A DNA stretch of 64,000 nt from Octopus sinensis (Eukaryota): contig NC_042997.1 in assembly GCF_006345805.1 (NCBI RefSeq), forward strand, positions 79,918,001 to 79,982,000. The letters run 5' to 3'. Under the pieces are notes generated by a model that worked only from the letters and a program-made list of their open reading frames with translations, made no database searches and had not been told where the DNA came from. Made by a program: the position numbers and the translations under genes. The first letter of the stretch is position 1. The number at the start of each line of letters is the position of its first letter. Of the stretch, positions 51,982-64,000 are shown one piece after another.

Positions 51982-53189
51982 TAAGCATCACACTCAACAT
52001 ATGGTGTCCTTTAAGATACATTAGTGTCTAAGAATATTCATGTGATGTAAATAGATCGTTATTGAACAATTATTGAAAAGGTGTTTAGGAGAAGGAAAAT
52101 TGGAAGTTGCAATGTTTTTGCTTTCCCAATAGCATAAATGACATAATTGATGTAAAACACCTTCAACTGAAATTGCAGCCCAGTCAAATAAGAAAAAGCT
52201 GGTGAAGATTTGGTATTTTCAAGAATTAAAAGAAGTAGCAGTAGTTCCAGCAATAGTTCTTCATTGCTGACTGTCTTACATACTTGATACAGTAGTAGTA
52301 ATAGTAATAGTTGTTTCAGGAGTTTACATGGCATAGGCTAGCTACTTTATTGACATGAGTAACTAACAACAAAATTATTGGTTATACAATATAGTATGCA
52401 AGCTGTAAAATGAATTCCCCCCCCTCCTTTTTTTCTTCTTTCAACTTTGATTTCACTACATAAATTGTTTAGCAGAATTAAAATTGTTTTTTGAGTTGGT
52501 ATTATGGATATTTTATAAAATTTAATGCTTTTATAAATCTTATACATTTTTCTATTTAAAATATTTTCTTTTCATTAATATAGTTTAAGAACTGATATTA
52601 ATACGTTTGTAACTCCCTGGTAATTTAGCTTTACTAATAGTTTAATATTTAGATGTCTATTATAAAATGGATAATATATATTACTTTGTTAAAGAGAACT
52701 TTAACAACCTTGTTAAAGAGAACTCTGACTTCCTCCTAGCTGCATCAATTAATGGTATAGAATTGTAATGGCACTTTTTTAATTTAGTACTTTAATACTT
52801 ATAAATAGGTGACATATAAACATTTGTAGATACTAAATTACTGTTACTTACTCAAAGAAGATAAAAGGTGTTTTATAATATTTTATCTGAAACTAGTTTA
52901 AATTACAGACTTTATAGAGATGTGACCGGAATTATTATTTTGTCATGTGTTTATTCAGTAGAACATTAATCTCTCCACTCACTGGAATAAAATGTAACTT
53001 GTTTAAACCCAATTATTGTTTCAGCTATCCAAATGTCCATTATGTAAGAGAACCTGTCAAAAATGTCAGATCAATATCCACTTTCCTTAAGACACTAAAT
53101 ATAATTTTCCTTTTACACTTTTGGATGAATTGCAACAAATGCTTTATTGCAACTCTTCAAATTCTTTTTTTTTTTTTCTAAATTAGTCA

Positions 53190-53370
53190 CATTTTAGGGA
53201 AGGTGATGTTTGTCAATACTATTGACCCTAATACTTGACTGATATTTTATTTTATCTGCCTCAAAAGGTGAAAAGTAAGATTTGAACTCAGAACATAAAG
53301 AGCAAGAACAAATATTGTAAGACATTTTGTCTGACACACTAATGATCAGTGAATTCACTACCCTATACTT
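53190..53370 (-). mobile_element. Decayed SINE of the 6194 family
   Basis: gatttgaactcagaac, ttgacccta..cttgactgatattttatttt. Confidence 0.55.
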
Positions 53371-53489
53371 TTAATACCAACTAACATGCCTTCTTTAGAG
53401 TGGAGTGTATTTGAAATGATGTTTTGAATTATATTTAGATTGAAGATTTCCCATTTTTATTTTCATGTATCTATGTTCAGACTCAGCTT

Positions 53490-53900
53490 ATTTTCATCAT
53501 CTTTATTATCATCTTCACCATTTCCTTCATCTTTATCATTTTCATCCTGTTTATCATCTTCATTGTAGTCATCTTTCATGTCATCTTCACTGTCATCACC
53601 TTTATTAGCTTTATCATTGTTGTCATCATATTCAGTATGGCAGGCTGCATTACCTTCCTTTTTATCATTGAGATCTTTCTTTTCATTGGCATCATTACTT
53701 TTGTTGTAACTGTCATCATTGTCAACTCTGTTTTTGCCATTGTCTTTGTCTTGTCTTCATCTTTGATTTCACTTTTGTTGCTGTTATCACTGTCATCATG
53801 ACAATTATCATTATCATCATCACTTCTTTGCCACCTTCATTTTTTTCCATATTCACTATTATATCATTTTTTCCAACTTATTCCCTGATTTTCATCTCTC
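53490..53900. repeat. Degenerate (ATC)n low-complexity tract
   Basis: Direct reading. Confidence 0.8.
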
Positions 53901-54656
53901 TTCTCAATGAACATCATATCATGGTCCAATATTTATATCATCTCAATCTGTTTAATGTTTGTGTCTTCTTCTTTGTGAATCATGCACATTTATCAGATCT
54001 GGCCCAAAACCTCCCCTCCAAGTTTTCTGTGATATGTTTCTACATTTCTCAATATCTTATGGCACCTTTTCACCTGGCATATATCATTCATTCTGACTCC
54101 TAACACAGAATAGACTCTTGCTTTTCATGAATAACCATCATAAAATGCAGTAGAATAGATATATTTTATGTTTGTTATTTCATGACTAACACATTTAGAT
54201 TTATATACTGCCACTTTTTACACAACACATATACATGTTAATGCAATAATTTAACCTTTCATCTGTTTATATATGTCTCCACATTCATGTTATTACATTT
54301 TGATGTCAACAACACTGAAAGCTTTGAGGCAATATTAAATATATTTGTTGCATTCAGAAATATTCTGTATGCTTTACATATGAGTAGTAAAATTTGTTGT
54401 ACTGTTGTGTGTTGTAAACGTGATTTTATATTAGACTGCACAGTAAAACTAATATAGAACGGTCTCTAGTTACATTATTTTAATGTGATGCAAAGTAGGC
54501 TTGTCACACCGTATAGTTACTCTCTATGCACTTATACACTTTATAGCAAAAAAATAACCCATAAGCATATTCACTTGTGAAGATCAATAGTAGCTTACAT
54601 AATATAAACTTATACAGTTGTAATTGACATTACTATGAAGATTCCATCCTTTTGAA

Positions 54657-54703
<47 letters not shown>

Positions 54704-54735
54704 TAATAATAATAATATAATAATAATAATAATAA

Positions 54736-55564
54736 CTAGCTGGACCCATGAAAAATTCACAGAAAATACAAAAAAATGTAAGCATCTGTAAATTGTGTAC
54801 TGGTGCCATGAGAAATTTTTCTATATTGTAACACTTATGGAATATAGAAAGAAGTGTAAAACTGATAACTATATAATCCAACCAAAATATATCAGTTACG
54901 CAAACATAAACAGAATTACTATTTAGCTTTAAAATACATTGGACATATTCTTGGTTTAGTGGCACAGAACGTTCTTCTGGTATTCTTTTACTCTTTTACT
55001 TGTTTCAGTCATTTGACAATTGCTATGTTGGAGCACCACCCTTTTGTCGAAGAAATCGACCCCTGGACTTATTCCATGTAAGTCTGGTGCTTATTCTATC
55101 AGTCTCTTCTGCCGAACAGCTAAGTTATGGGGATGCAAACACACCAACATTAATTGTCAAGCAATGATGGTGGGGGACAAACACACACACACACGATGAG
55201 CTTCTTTCAGATTTCATCTACCAAATTCACTCACAAGGCTTTGGTTGGCCAGAAGACACTTTTTAAGGTATAGAGTTGAATTTTGTGTAGCCATGTATTG
55301 GCAACTTTTCTCCTTCACCCATTTTGTAGCGGGTATTAACCATTTTTCTGGGCTCTTTTCAAAGCTATACCCCGTTGGAAATTTGCATTAGTTTTTGTAT
55401 GGAAAAAAAAAGGGAAGGGAGTGGGGCTTATTTGTAGTTTGTAGAGAAAACGTTAAACATGCATGAAAAAAAATGGTCTTTCCCCCAACTAAAAGACATT
55501 AAGAACTATGAAAGAAGGGGATAAGTATCAGGGGTGGGGGAAAGAAGAGAGAACTAATACTTGA
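54736..55564 (-). mobile_element. Third, older Helitron-like element with a SINE (about 55030-55260) inserted in it
   Basis: Minus-strand 3-prime end ctgtgaatttttcatgggtccagCTAG|T inside (TAA)n. The putative 5-prime A|TCAAGTATTAG at 55564 is tentative. Confidence 0.45.
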
Positions 55565-55774
55565 TCATTCTAGAACTCCCAGAATAAAAACAAACATCTG
55601 AAAGATTTTCCTTCTATTCATTATTAAATGTCTTTCCCTCTTCTTCATTGTCAAAAGTAAAGAAGGTAGAAAACATTGATTGTATTTCAGTCTAATTGTC
55701 ATTTTAAATGACTGATGCTTTCCTTTCTCTGTCTCTATTGTTTCACTCATTTTGTCTACGGTTAAGAGAGTGAA

Positions 55775-56005
55775 GGTGCATGACTCAGTGGTTAGGGGTA
55801 TTCGGCCCATGATCATAAAGTCATGAGTACAATTCCCTGCAGCATACTGTGTTCTTGAGCAAGGTACTCTACTTCACCTTGCTGCAGTCCACTCAGCTTA
55901 AAGCATGTCTGTGGAGTACTCAGCCAACTGCATGTCAGTTTTGCAAGCAAACTGTTCCATTGATCAGATAAACAGGAACCTAGTTGTTGTAACCAATGGG
56001 GTGCC
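55775..56005 (+). mobile_element. Older copy of the SINE family seen at 21100-21436
   Basis: cagtggttaggg..tgtctgtggagtactcagccaactgcatg..ctgttccattgatc. Confidence 0.7.
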
Positions 56006-56559
56006 ATTTTTTAAAAAGAGTAAAAGAAAAGGAAATGTCCCATATTGTAAGGCAAAAATGTCATGTATTTAATATAAGCAGTGAAAGCTAAGACATAATT
56101 GCCATTCCGTTGTGTAATAACTTTGCCCTCAACTCATGCTCAGTTTAATAACAACAACCTGTGCATCGATGTTTATCTGGGGGCTTGGCCTCCAGATCTG
56201 TGAGACCCACAAATGCCACTGTTAGGACTGGATTAACACCCATAGTGACCCTAACAACTAAAAAGATTTACCTTCCCCTATATAAGGATATTTTTTTTGC
56301 TTTCTTCCAACTACTTGAAGGTTTATCTTGCTCCAGTCCACTCAGCTGGCCAAAATGAGTTGTAGCTGTAATTGAAAGGGGCCAGCCTTGTCATATTCTG
56401 TGTGAGGCTGAATCTCTCTTCTCTCCCACTCTCCCTAACTTCCTTTCTGTCCTCTTCTCTCCCACTTTGCCACTCACTTCTTCCTTTGAAGTAAGTGTGA
56501 CACACACCACAGGTATGTATGTACAAAAACAAAAAGTTGGTATATTAATATTATTGTAT

Positions 56560-56720
56560 TGATAATAATAATATTAATCCTTTCTACTATAAGCACAAGG
56601 CCTTAATATTAGGGGAGGGAGCTAGTTGATTATATTGACCCCAGTGCTCAACTGATACTTATTTTATTGAAGGCAAAAGGATGAAAGGCAAAGTCAACCT
56701 CGGTGGAATTTGATCTTAGT
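56560..56720 (-). mobile_element. Decayed SINE of the 6194 family
   Basis: ttgaccccagtgctcaactgatac..ggatgaaaggcaaagtcaacctcggtggaatttga. Confidence 0.7.
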
Positions 56721-57899
56721 CCAGTATACTAATGATGATGATAATAATGATGTCAAGTGTCAAGATGTATTTATGTAACTAGAATATCTTCATATGTATT
56801 AACTCCCTAATATAATAAGTGAAAGCTCAAATGTCTCTAAAGGTTACCCCTGTTAGTTCAACCATTTGTGCTGAAGATATGTGTAAAACAGGGAAGAGTT
56901 GGGGAGAGAATTGGTCCTTTATTAACTAAATTTTTTTTCAACAGGCTTGAATGCATTTCATAATTTTATTTGATGACTAATCTGGGAATACACAAAATTG
57001 ACTTTGACCCCACAAGGGAAGCTGTCTGTGCAGGTGCTTGACCTGCTAGATATAGTAGCCAAATTTTTCTCAAATCACATCCAACCATCTAAATTAGAAA
57101 AGAGGAGACTGGGAAAATGTAATCCAACATATACAAACAGACAATATTTATATATATATATAATCTTGTGTATGTGTGTGTATTTATGATGGATACTTTT
57201 CAGTCTTGCTGACTATGGAGTTTTTCCATAGTGGAAGATGAAGAGTAACTTCTGAAAAGACTGTATCCTTATTATAATGATCAGAAAACCACTTGGAAAG
57301 CAGTGTATTACTACAAAATTTCATATTATAACACACATATAATGCAATAATAAAATAGTACAATAAGGGTTACTTATTGATGTCCATACATATCAATACT
57401 AGAAATCACAAGCTAATAAAATATCCTCTATATTGTTACTTACTATGCTAGAAATAACAACCAAATCTTCCTCAAAATCACATCTGACATCTTAAAAAGG
57501 AAGGTCATATTGTATAATATAAGTCTAAATGGATATACAAAAAAATAGGATGGTCATAGCGGGAACATTACTGATGGTTGGTCTGCTTAGTTAGGGGTGA
57601 ACTGGATGTAACAACAGCACCTGAGTGTTCAGATGTGTGACAGCCACAGAGAAGAAACTTTTTCTGAACTTGTCATCTATATTCAAATTTATACAAAATA
57701 ACTAACAAATGGAGTCAGTGGCTATTATTTGAGATGATATTGCATACTCTCCTCAAACAGTGGCTCTAGTAGATCTCTTAACATAATTCCTAAAACTTAT
57801 GTTGTATTTTTAACTCTTCACCACCCACTAAAGTCATTCCTATTTTGATTTAGAAGTGTATTTCATATATACAGAAGTTAAAGAACATACAAGAAATGC

Positions 57900-58400
57900 T
57901 AAACTTTCTTCTGTAGGTGCTGTTGAGCATCAGTTTGACATCAGTATTGAAAATCACAAATCCCGTCAGGTAGATGGCCCTGCTCAATCTGTAGAAAAGA
58001 TGTAGGTAGAAACTCCATAAGATGCACCCAGTGTAAGCTTTGGATACATGGGAATGTTAACAGAGAAGTTAACTTTTGTATACAGAAAATGCACAGGTAT
58101 AATAAACGCTGAAAATGGGCAGAAAATAGACTCCATCAACTGCCAGGAGGGTAAGGAGAGGTAGTAGAAAGCTTTCTTCAATGATGTAAATGCCAAATAA
58201 TTGCTGATAAGATTTTTAATTTTCTTATAAACAATATGACAGTATTTCCAGTACACTATAGGTTGACTTGTCATTGTCACTGCTCAAAACCTATCCACAA
58301 ACTTTGATATTGACAGAAATGGGTATGATGAAGCAATCTTGTGAATGCAGATTATCAGGCTCAGCACCACATCCCTGTAGTATTCTAGTCATCAGGTTAA
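57900..58400 (+). mobile_element. RTE LINE fragment spanning the Cys-rich motif
   Basis: PSGRWPCSICRKDVGRNSIRCTQCKLWIH..FVYRKCTG..EVVESF. Confidence 0.8.
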
Positions 58401-58999
58401 TAAGAGATTGTGAGTGCTCATACACATTTAATGTGTATGAACATATTAAAAAAAGAAAAACAAATTTAAAAGAAGGAATTTTTTCACATTGCTGAATGTA
58501 ACAGAAGTGATTGAACCTTTTTTTTTTAATATTTAAATAATAGCTCTTAATTGCTATACACTGATGAATATTATATACATCTTGTATTCTGATGAGTTTA
58601 TTTGATATTTCAAATTATTTTATATAATCACATAATTTCTACATTTAATGTATCAATTCTGAAATGTTACTTATAGTTATGTTATTGCATTTTCATTTAG
58701 TAAATATAATAGTTTCTTAGTTCTGTATTTTATTGGACTATATTGTCACATCTAATGTCAAACTGTTCAACCCATGCCAGCATGGACAATGGATGTTAAA
58801 TGATGATGATATGGGGAATTTAGTACAGTAAAAAAATGTCACATGACAACACTAAGTAGGTTTACTAGAGATTATGTAAATTTATCAATTTACATTCTTG
58901 TCTTTAAGAATACAAAGGCAGTCAAAAGACAATGTCAAAAGAAACTGTGGCATGGAAAAAAATATAGTTTTTATGAGATCTTTCAAATTACAGAAAATA

Positions 59000-59508
59000 C
59001 CGTAAATCCTCAAGTATAGTCCGCCCTTGAGTATAATACACGGGATTTTGGGGGGCTGTACCTCTGAAAAACCTAAACCTTGTGTATAATATGCACCCCT
59101 TCTCTAACTTGAGTCAAAGAGGTCTATATAACGTCCTTGGTTTGTAAAAATGTAAACGGTAACGTCCTTTATTATTATTGTACATATTACATAATGCAAA
59201 CGTGTAGCTTTTTTGTGCATTTTGTTTGCAGAAAATAAAGAAATAACAGTAATAACATTTAATAAATATTGCTTACTGCAAGTTATGGATGATTCTTTTA
59301 TGACTTCATTGCTTTCAGGCTTAGCTTAAGGTATTTTCGCACCCAACATTACAAAATGCATCTGAACAAACATTGCCAGACAGCTAATAGAGACTCGGAC
59401 ATTGCTTAGAAAATAATTTTCATTTTTAACCTCGTATATAGTACGCAGTAGGGATTTTGACCTTTAAATTTTGGGAAAAAAATGCAGATTATACTCAAGG
59501 ATTTACGG
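59000..59508. mobile_element. Tc1/mariner-superfamily (pogo/Tc2-like) MITE, 509 bp, TA target-site duplication
   Basis: TA|CCGTAAATCCTCAAGTATA ... TATACTCAAGGATTTACGG|TA. The TIRs differ only at a CpG-decay site. Confidence 0.88.
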
Positions 59509-60344
59509 TAATTCCTGTTTGCCAGTTTCTGAAGGAGAAGAGCATTGATAAATTAAACGAAAATGTTTGGCATGAAATATGTATCATAAATTGAAAAACA
59601 AGTAGAAAATGTATAATACATAATTAACAATTTTTTTTTCTAATTTATAAAGGATAATCTTTTCAGTTAATATTTATCCCTCCAAATAGATTTTAAAATG
59701 TGGTCACACCAAAAACAATCTTGGAACAATGAACAGAGTTGGTTCTTTGTCCAAATTACATAGCTGTGTAACAAATGCCTTGCAATCTTACTTTGTTTTT
59801 CAAAATTTTATTTTTGCTGACAGCAATAAGCTTAAAGAAATCCATGACCTGACACTTTAGTTTTTTGGTTCAATTTTACCTTAAGTTTTTGAATTTGACT
59901 TTTTGGCTATAGAATTCCTCAGTCTCTTTGGATATTAATTCATAAGGGAAAAAGACATTTACTAATATAGATATCTCTTATATCATTAAATTAATTGCAT
60001 TTATTAAAAATGTCTTTTAATTTTCTTTGTAAATTATGCTTTAAAAGGGCTGGAGATAAACACAACTTTCTTTTAACTATACCAGAAGAGAAATATTTTT
60101 TGTCTAAAAATTCAGTTGGTCTCTACATTTTCAATATTTCCTTTTCCAAATTTTGGCTACTTTCATACATCAGTTGAAAGAAAAATTATATATGGAACAT
60201 TTCTCCCCATATATAGAGATTGCATATATTTTCCTCAAATTGTTTTCATATTAACTTTATGTTAAATGCTTTATCTTAATAATAATAAAAAAGAAGAAAA
60301 TCAACATTTGTTTTATATTTATTACAATATTGTTTTGGGCATGA

Positions 60345-60524
60345 CTGTGGTTAAGAGGTTCATTTCAGAACCTCGTGGTTTCAGGTTCAATCTTATTATG
60401 CAAAACCTTGGGTAAGTGTCTTCTCCTATAATCCCAGGCCAACCAGTGTCTTCTCCTATAATCTCAGGCCAACCAGTTTAGTAGCCGTGTAAGAGAATTT
60501 GGTAGGCAAAATTGTGTGGAAGCC

Positions 60525-60564
<40 letters not shown>

Positions 60565-60720
60565 ATGCATGCATGTGTATTTGTATCTCCCAATCCTTGA
60601 TAACTAGAGTTGCTTTGTTTGCATCCCCGTATAGAATAAATACCAGACTTAAAAGTACTGGGGTCAATTTGTTAAACCAACCCTTCAAAGGCTACAGTCC
60701 AATGTAAATGATAAAAGCTA
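60345..60720 (+). mobile_element. tRNA-derived SINE with internal (GT)n and a 30-bp tandem duplication
   Basis: gactgtggttaagaggttcatttcagaacctcgtggtttcaggttcaatc...; tcttctcctataat.caggccaaccagt is present twice. Confidence 0.7.
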
Positions 60721-63183
60721 AAAAATGTTTATATGCTTTTTCATGTGCAAAACTGATATTATTTAATTAATATTAGGTAACTGAAGGACTAATGTTTTGT
60801 CACTCTAACTAGTATTAGTTGATACTTAGTCTTAATACAGTTAACCAATATTCAATTATGTTTCTTTATATTTGCTGAACTAAAACCACTGGTTTGTCTT
60901 AGTTTGATATCCAATCAATTCATCTATAGTCATTTTAATGTATATTTTTTGCTACTCAGTTTAGTAGCCTATCTTTATTGCCTCATCCTTAGAATCCGTC
61001 AGTATAAATTATCTCAATTTCCTTAAAATTATAAACTTTTCTGTTTCAATAAATATCTCAATATCCATGGAGCTAATCTAGATTCAGCCACTCCTCCCAA
61101 CTCTACTGTACACACAACACATCATTTTTATCCCATTCTATTCTAGACATGATAGAAACAGTAACTTTATTACACCAAATATACTTGAGCTGATTCTGTA
61201 TATTGCCTGTCCCTTTATCATAAAAAATATCTATTGCCTGTCCCTTTATCATAAAAAATATCTATTTCCTGTCAGAATAGGTAACAGTTCTTTGAACTTC
61301 TCAACTATGAACTCTAGACACTCTCCTTACTTGATATTGATTATGTCTATTATTTTTGTATTCATATTCAAGTTTTACTTTCCATGGATGTTTATCCGTA
61401 ATATTGTCTATGAATGAAGTGTGGGTTGTTAGTCTCAAATTTTACTTTTTTTATTTGATAAAGAGAAAAAATCACAGCAATAGAATAACAGCTAAGCTAT
61501 TTTAGATATTTGTTTGGAAATGTAAAATAGATTATATGTGATTAATGCTAAGTTTGTATGATGAAATATGCCACCAAACTAAAATCCAGTATGAATAATT
61601 TGCCAACTTTTTAAATGAAACAATAGAATACTGAACAACCAGTTTTAAGTGTCAGTCTAAATGGAGTAAACTGAGAATGTTTTGTAATGAGTTTATTTAA
61701 TTGAAATATTGTTGCTGCATGCAAAGCAAGTTAGTTATAAGAATAGATACAATATTCAGTTTCAGGTTAGCTTGATTGAGTAGACCAATGAACAAAGGCA
61801 TTCTAACCATGACCACCCTTTCTTTTTGCAGGCATGAGCAAGTGTTAGATGTGTTAAAAGTAATAGATGTTTGAAAGTAAAAAAATCTATATTTTGAGGC
61901 TTATTGTGTTGTTGATTAATTCCCAAATGTGAATTATGTCTTGATATGTCAATTGAAGGAAAATAAATCTATAAAGCATAAAAAAATCATTGTACATGAT
62001 TAATATGTTTCATAGCATTGCAACCCCTACCACAACATTTTTTGTTTGAAGAATTCTAATACACACAAGCTTGTTTCTTTAAAGTGTAAAACCCAATTGG
62101 ATTTTTTATTTTTTATTTTTTTATTTTTGGTGGCACTATTAGATGCACAACCTAAATACATAAATTGGAAAGCAAGGGAGAGTTCGTACTTGATTTTATT
62201 ATTACAAAATTATGTAAAAATAAAGAAACAAATTTGTAGATTATTATACTGCTTTAACATGACTTATTAATACACTTGTATAAATGTAATTAATTTGCCT
62301 TGAACACGTGATTATATTTAATTATCAGATCTTGAAAATCTATATAGCTAATGTATCCAAAGAAGAGTACAACCTAAAACAATATTTTTTCTTCATGTTA
62401 CACTAGAGTAACTAACATTTTTTTTTTGTTTATTAAATTAATTCAGTGAAAAGAAATTAAAGCATCAGATATTTTCTTGATCATAATATATTGCTTACTG
62501 ATCATTATAAAAAACTGATATTGGTAGGAATATATCACTTGTCAAAGAAGACTGCATATGACATACCTGTAACTTTCTTGATAAAGAGAACTATGTAGCT
62601 GAACTAGTTTTCTTGACCAAGTTTAACGGGCTGTTCATCTTGATATATTTTTCAATTTGAATAAAATATAATGACATTTCTCATCAAAGGTTCTTGAAAA
62701 AAATTCAGTATAAAAAAAACACCTGTTTCACAAATTCAGTATATGCAACCTTCTTGATCTTCAGTGTTCTAAAAGAGTATAACTCACCAGTGTTTTTACT
62801 CTTTCAGACACATCATTTTCCTCAGCTTCTAGTGAGAAATTATTATGGTATTTAAAATATCACTAAATTGCAGTAAAGCAATGAGATATCTATTTGTATA
62901 TAGTGCACATATGAATGACTGCCACTTTACACATTAAATACTATTTTATATTTTCTTAAAAAAAGTTGCAGTTTAGTCACTTTGGCTCAAAACTTGCCAT
63001 TTATACATGCATATACCCCAAACTTGCATGTGTTTTACTTTAAGATGTATTATTTTTGATATTTTTTCAAGTAAATACAATTGCATTCATTCTAAAGTGA
63101 ACTATTATGGATGTATATCACAATTTTTTAAAATTTTACATTTTGTGTGATAATGGATTTTTTTTTCCTATATATATTTACAG

Positions 63184-63315
63184 ATATAGACATACTCAAT
63201 GGATTAGGATGGTCAGCACAGCTTGATAAAGTGTTTGAAGATAATTATAACAAAAACAAAAAGTTATTGTGGCAGTATTTTGGAAGCCAGAGTGGTTTCA
63301 TGAGAATGTATCCTG
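63184..63315 (+). CDS. CACNA2D: alpha-2/delta coding exon (132 nt, phase 1-1): (D)IDILNGLGWSAQLDKVFEDNYNKNKKLLWQYFGSQSGFMRMYP
   Basis: Acceptor tatttACAG ending 63183 and donor GTAAAT at 63316. Carries the diagnostic W...LD.VF..N......L.WQYFGS..GF.R.YP motif. The phase-1 junction with exon 12206-12341 gives the continuous ..VEIYKG-DIDILNGLGW.. Confidence 0.96.
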
Positions 63316-64000
63316 GTAAATTAATTTTTATTTTAATTCTTAAATTATATTCATATTCATAGATAAAATATAAACTACATAAAAATGGAAAATGTTCTGT
63401 TTGGTGTCAGATGGACTTCATTCACAAATAATTCTTTCTACTCTAATATGGCTTATGCTTAAAAGTAATAAGTTGGCAATAAAAATAAATTACCAGTCTA
63501 ATTGTGCCAATAGTCAAAATTAATGACTTGTGAAATATTTCAATTTTGCAATAAAGAAAATTGTTTTCTGCTGATATAAAATTTTTTGCATGAAACAGCA
63601 GATCTGATGTCTTCTAAGTGCCATAACTTAGAGTAAGAATATTTTGTAAAGTCCTGTCACAAATTTAAAATACATTTGGGGTATGATTCACAAAAAGAAA
63701 AAATACGAAATTCTTTTTGTAAAAACTTATAATGCAAAACTTATAACTTATTAATTTGGCCAAGCTATGCAATGATATTATAAAATATATAGGGTATAAC
63801 AACATGCTGGAAATATAAGTATTGACTATGAAAACAGTACATTTATATAATAAACAGCTGCATACTACCACAGACCTTACCAGCTGTGCTTCTAATCTAC
63901 ATGTGAGGAGAGGTCAAAAATGATCCGCACTTTTGCCATAATATATCTTTATTATTGTCATACTGCCTTCTGCCTTCTTTGGTGCACATTGCTAGTGGAG

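Noticed and set aside
62808-62847. Possible 40-nt or 15-nt exon shortly before the last exon
   Set aside because: The donor GTATTT is weak. The 40-nt form shifts frame and the 15-nt form has no other support.
1-64000. CRISPR arrays, rRNA genes, prokaryotic operons
   Set aside because: No regularly spaced repeat-spacer array or rRNA-like sequence was seen, and the DNA is eukaryotic intronic.

Overview
AT-rich eukaryotic DNA. The repeat families (tRNA-derived SINEs, RTE LINEs, very long TA/TG microsatellites) point to an Octopus genome; this is inference and the species cannot be determined. The window lies inside one + strand gene for a voltage-gated calcium channel alpha-2/delta subunit (CACNA2D family). 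Four coding exons splice in frame through GT-AG sites: 10035-10154, 11219-11278, 12206-12341 and 63184-63315. The last two are separated by a 50,842-bp intron. The rest is intronic and mostly mobile-element derived: RTE LINE relics, a probably full-length CR1-group LINE (about 33601-38886, minus strand), a Penelope-like GIY-YIG element, non-autonomous Helitrons, Tc1 and hAT relics and MITEs, SINEs, and a 100-N gap. The main leads are: (1) two frame-preserving candidate cassette microexons (24 and 39 nt) in the giant intron, which would insert peptides into the alpha2delta N-terminal VWA_N/Cache region; (2) a Penelope-type minimal hammerhead ribozyme plus further hammerhead relics, one pair sitting in a 173-bp-arm fold-back; (3) a LINE ORF1 combining a Myb/SANT-like (trihelix) domain with a CCCH finger. 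All homology calls come from reading motifs by eye; no database search was run, and many repeat boundaries are approximate.
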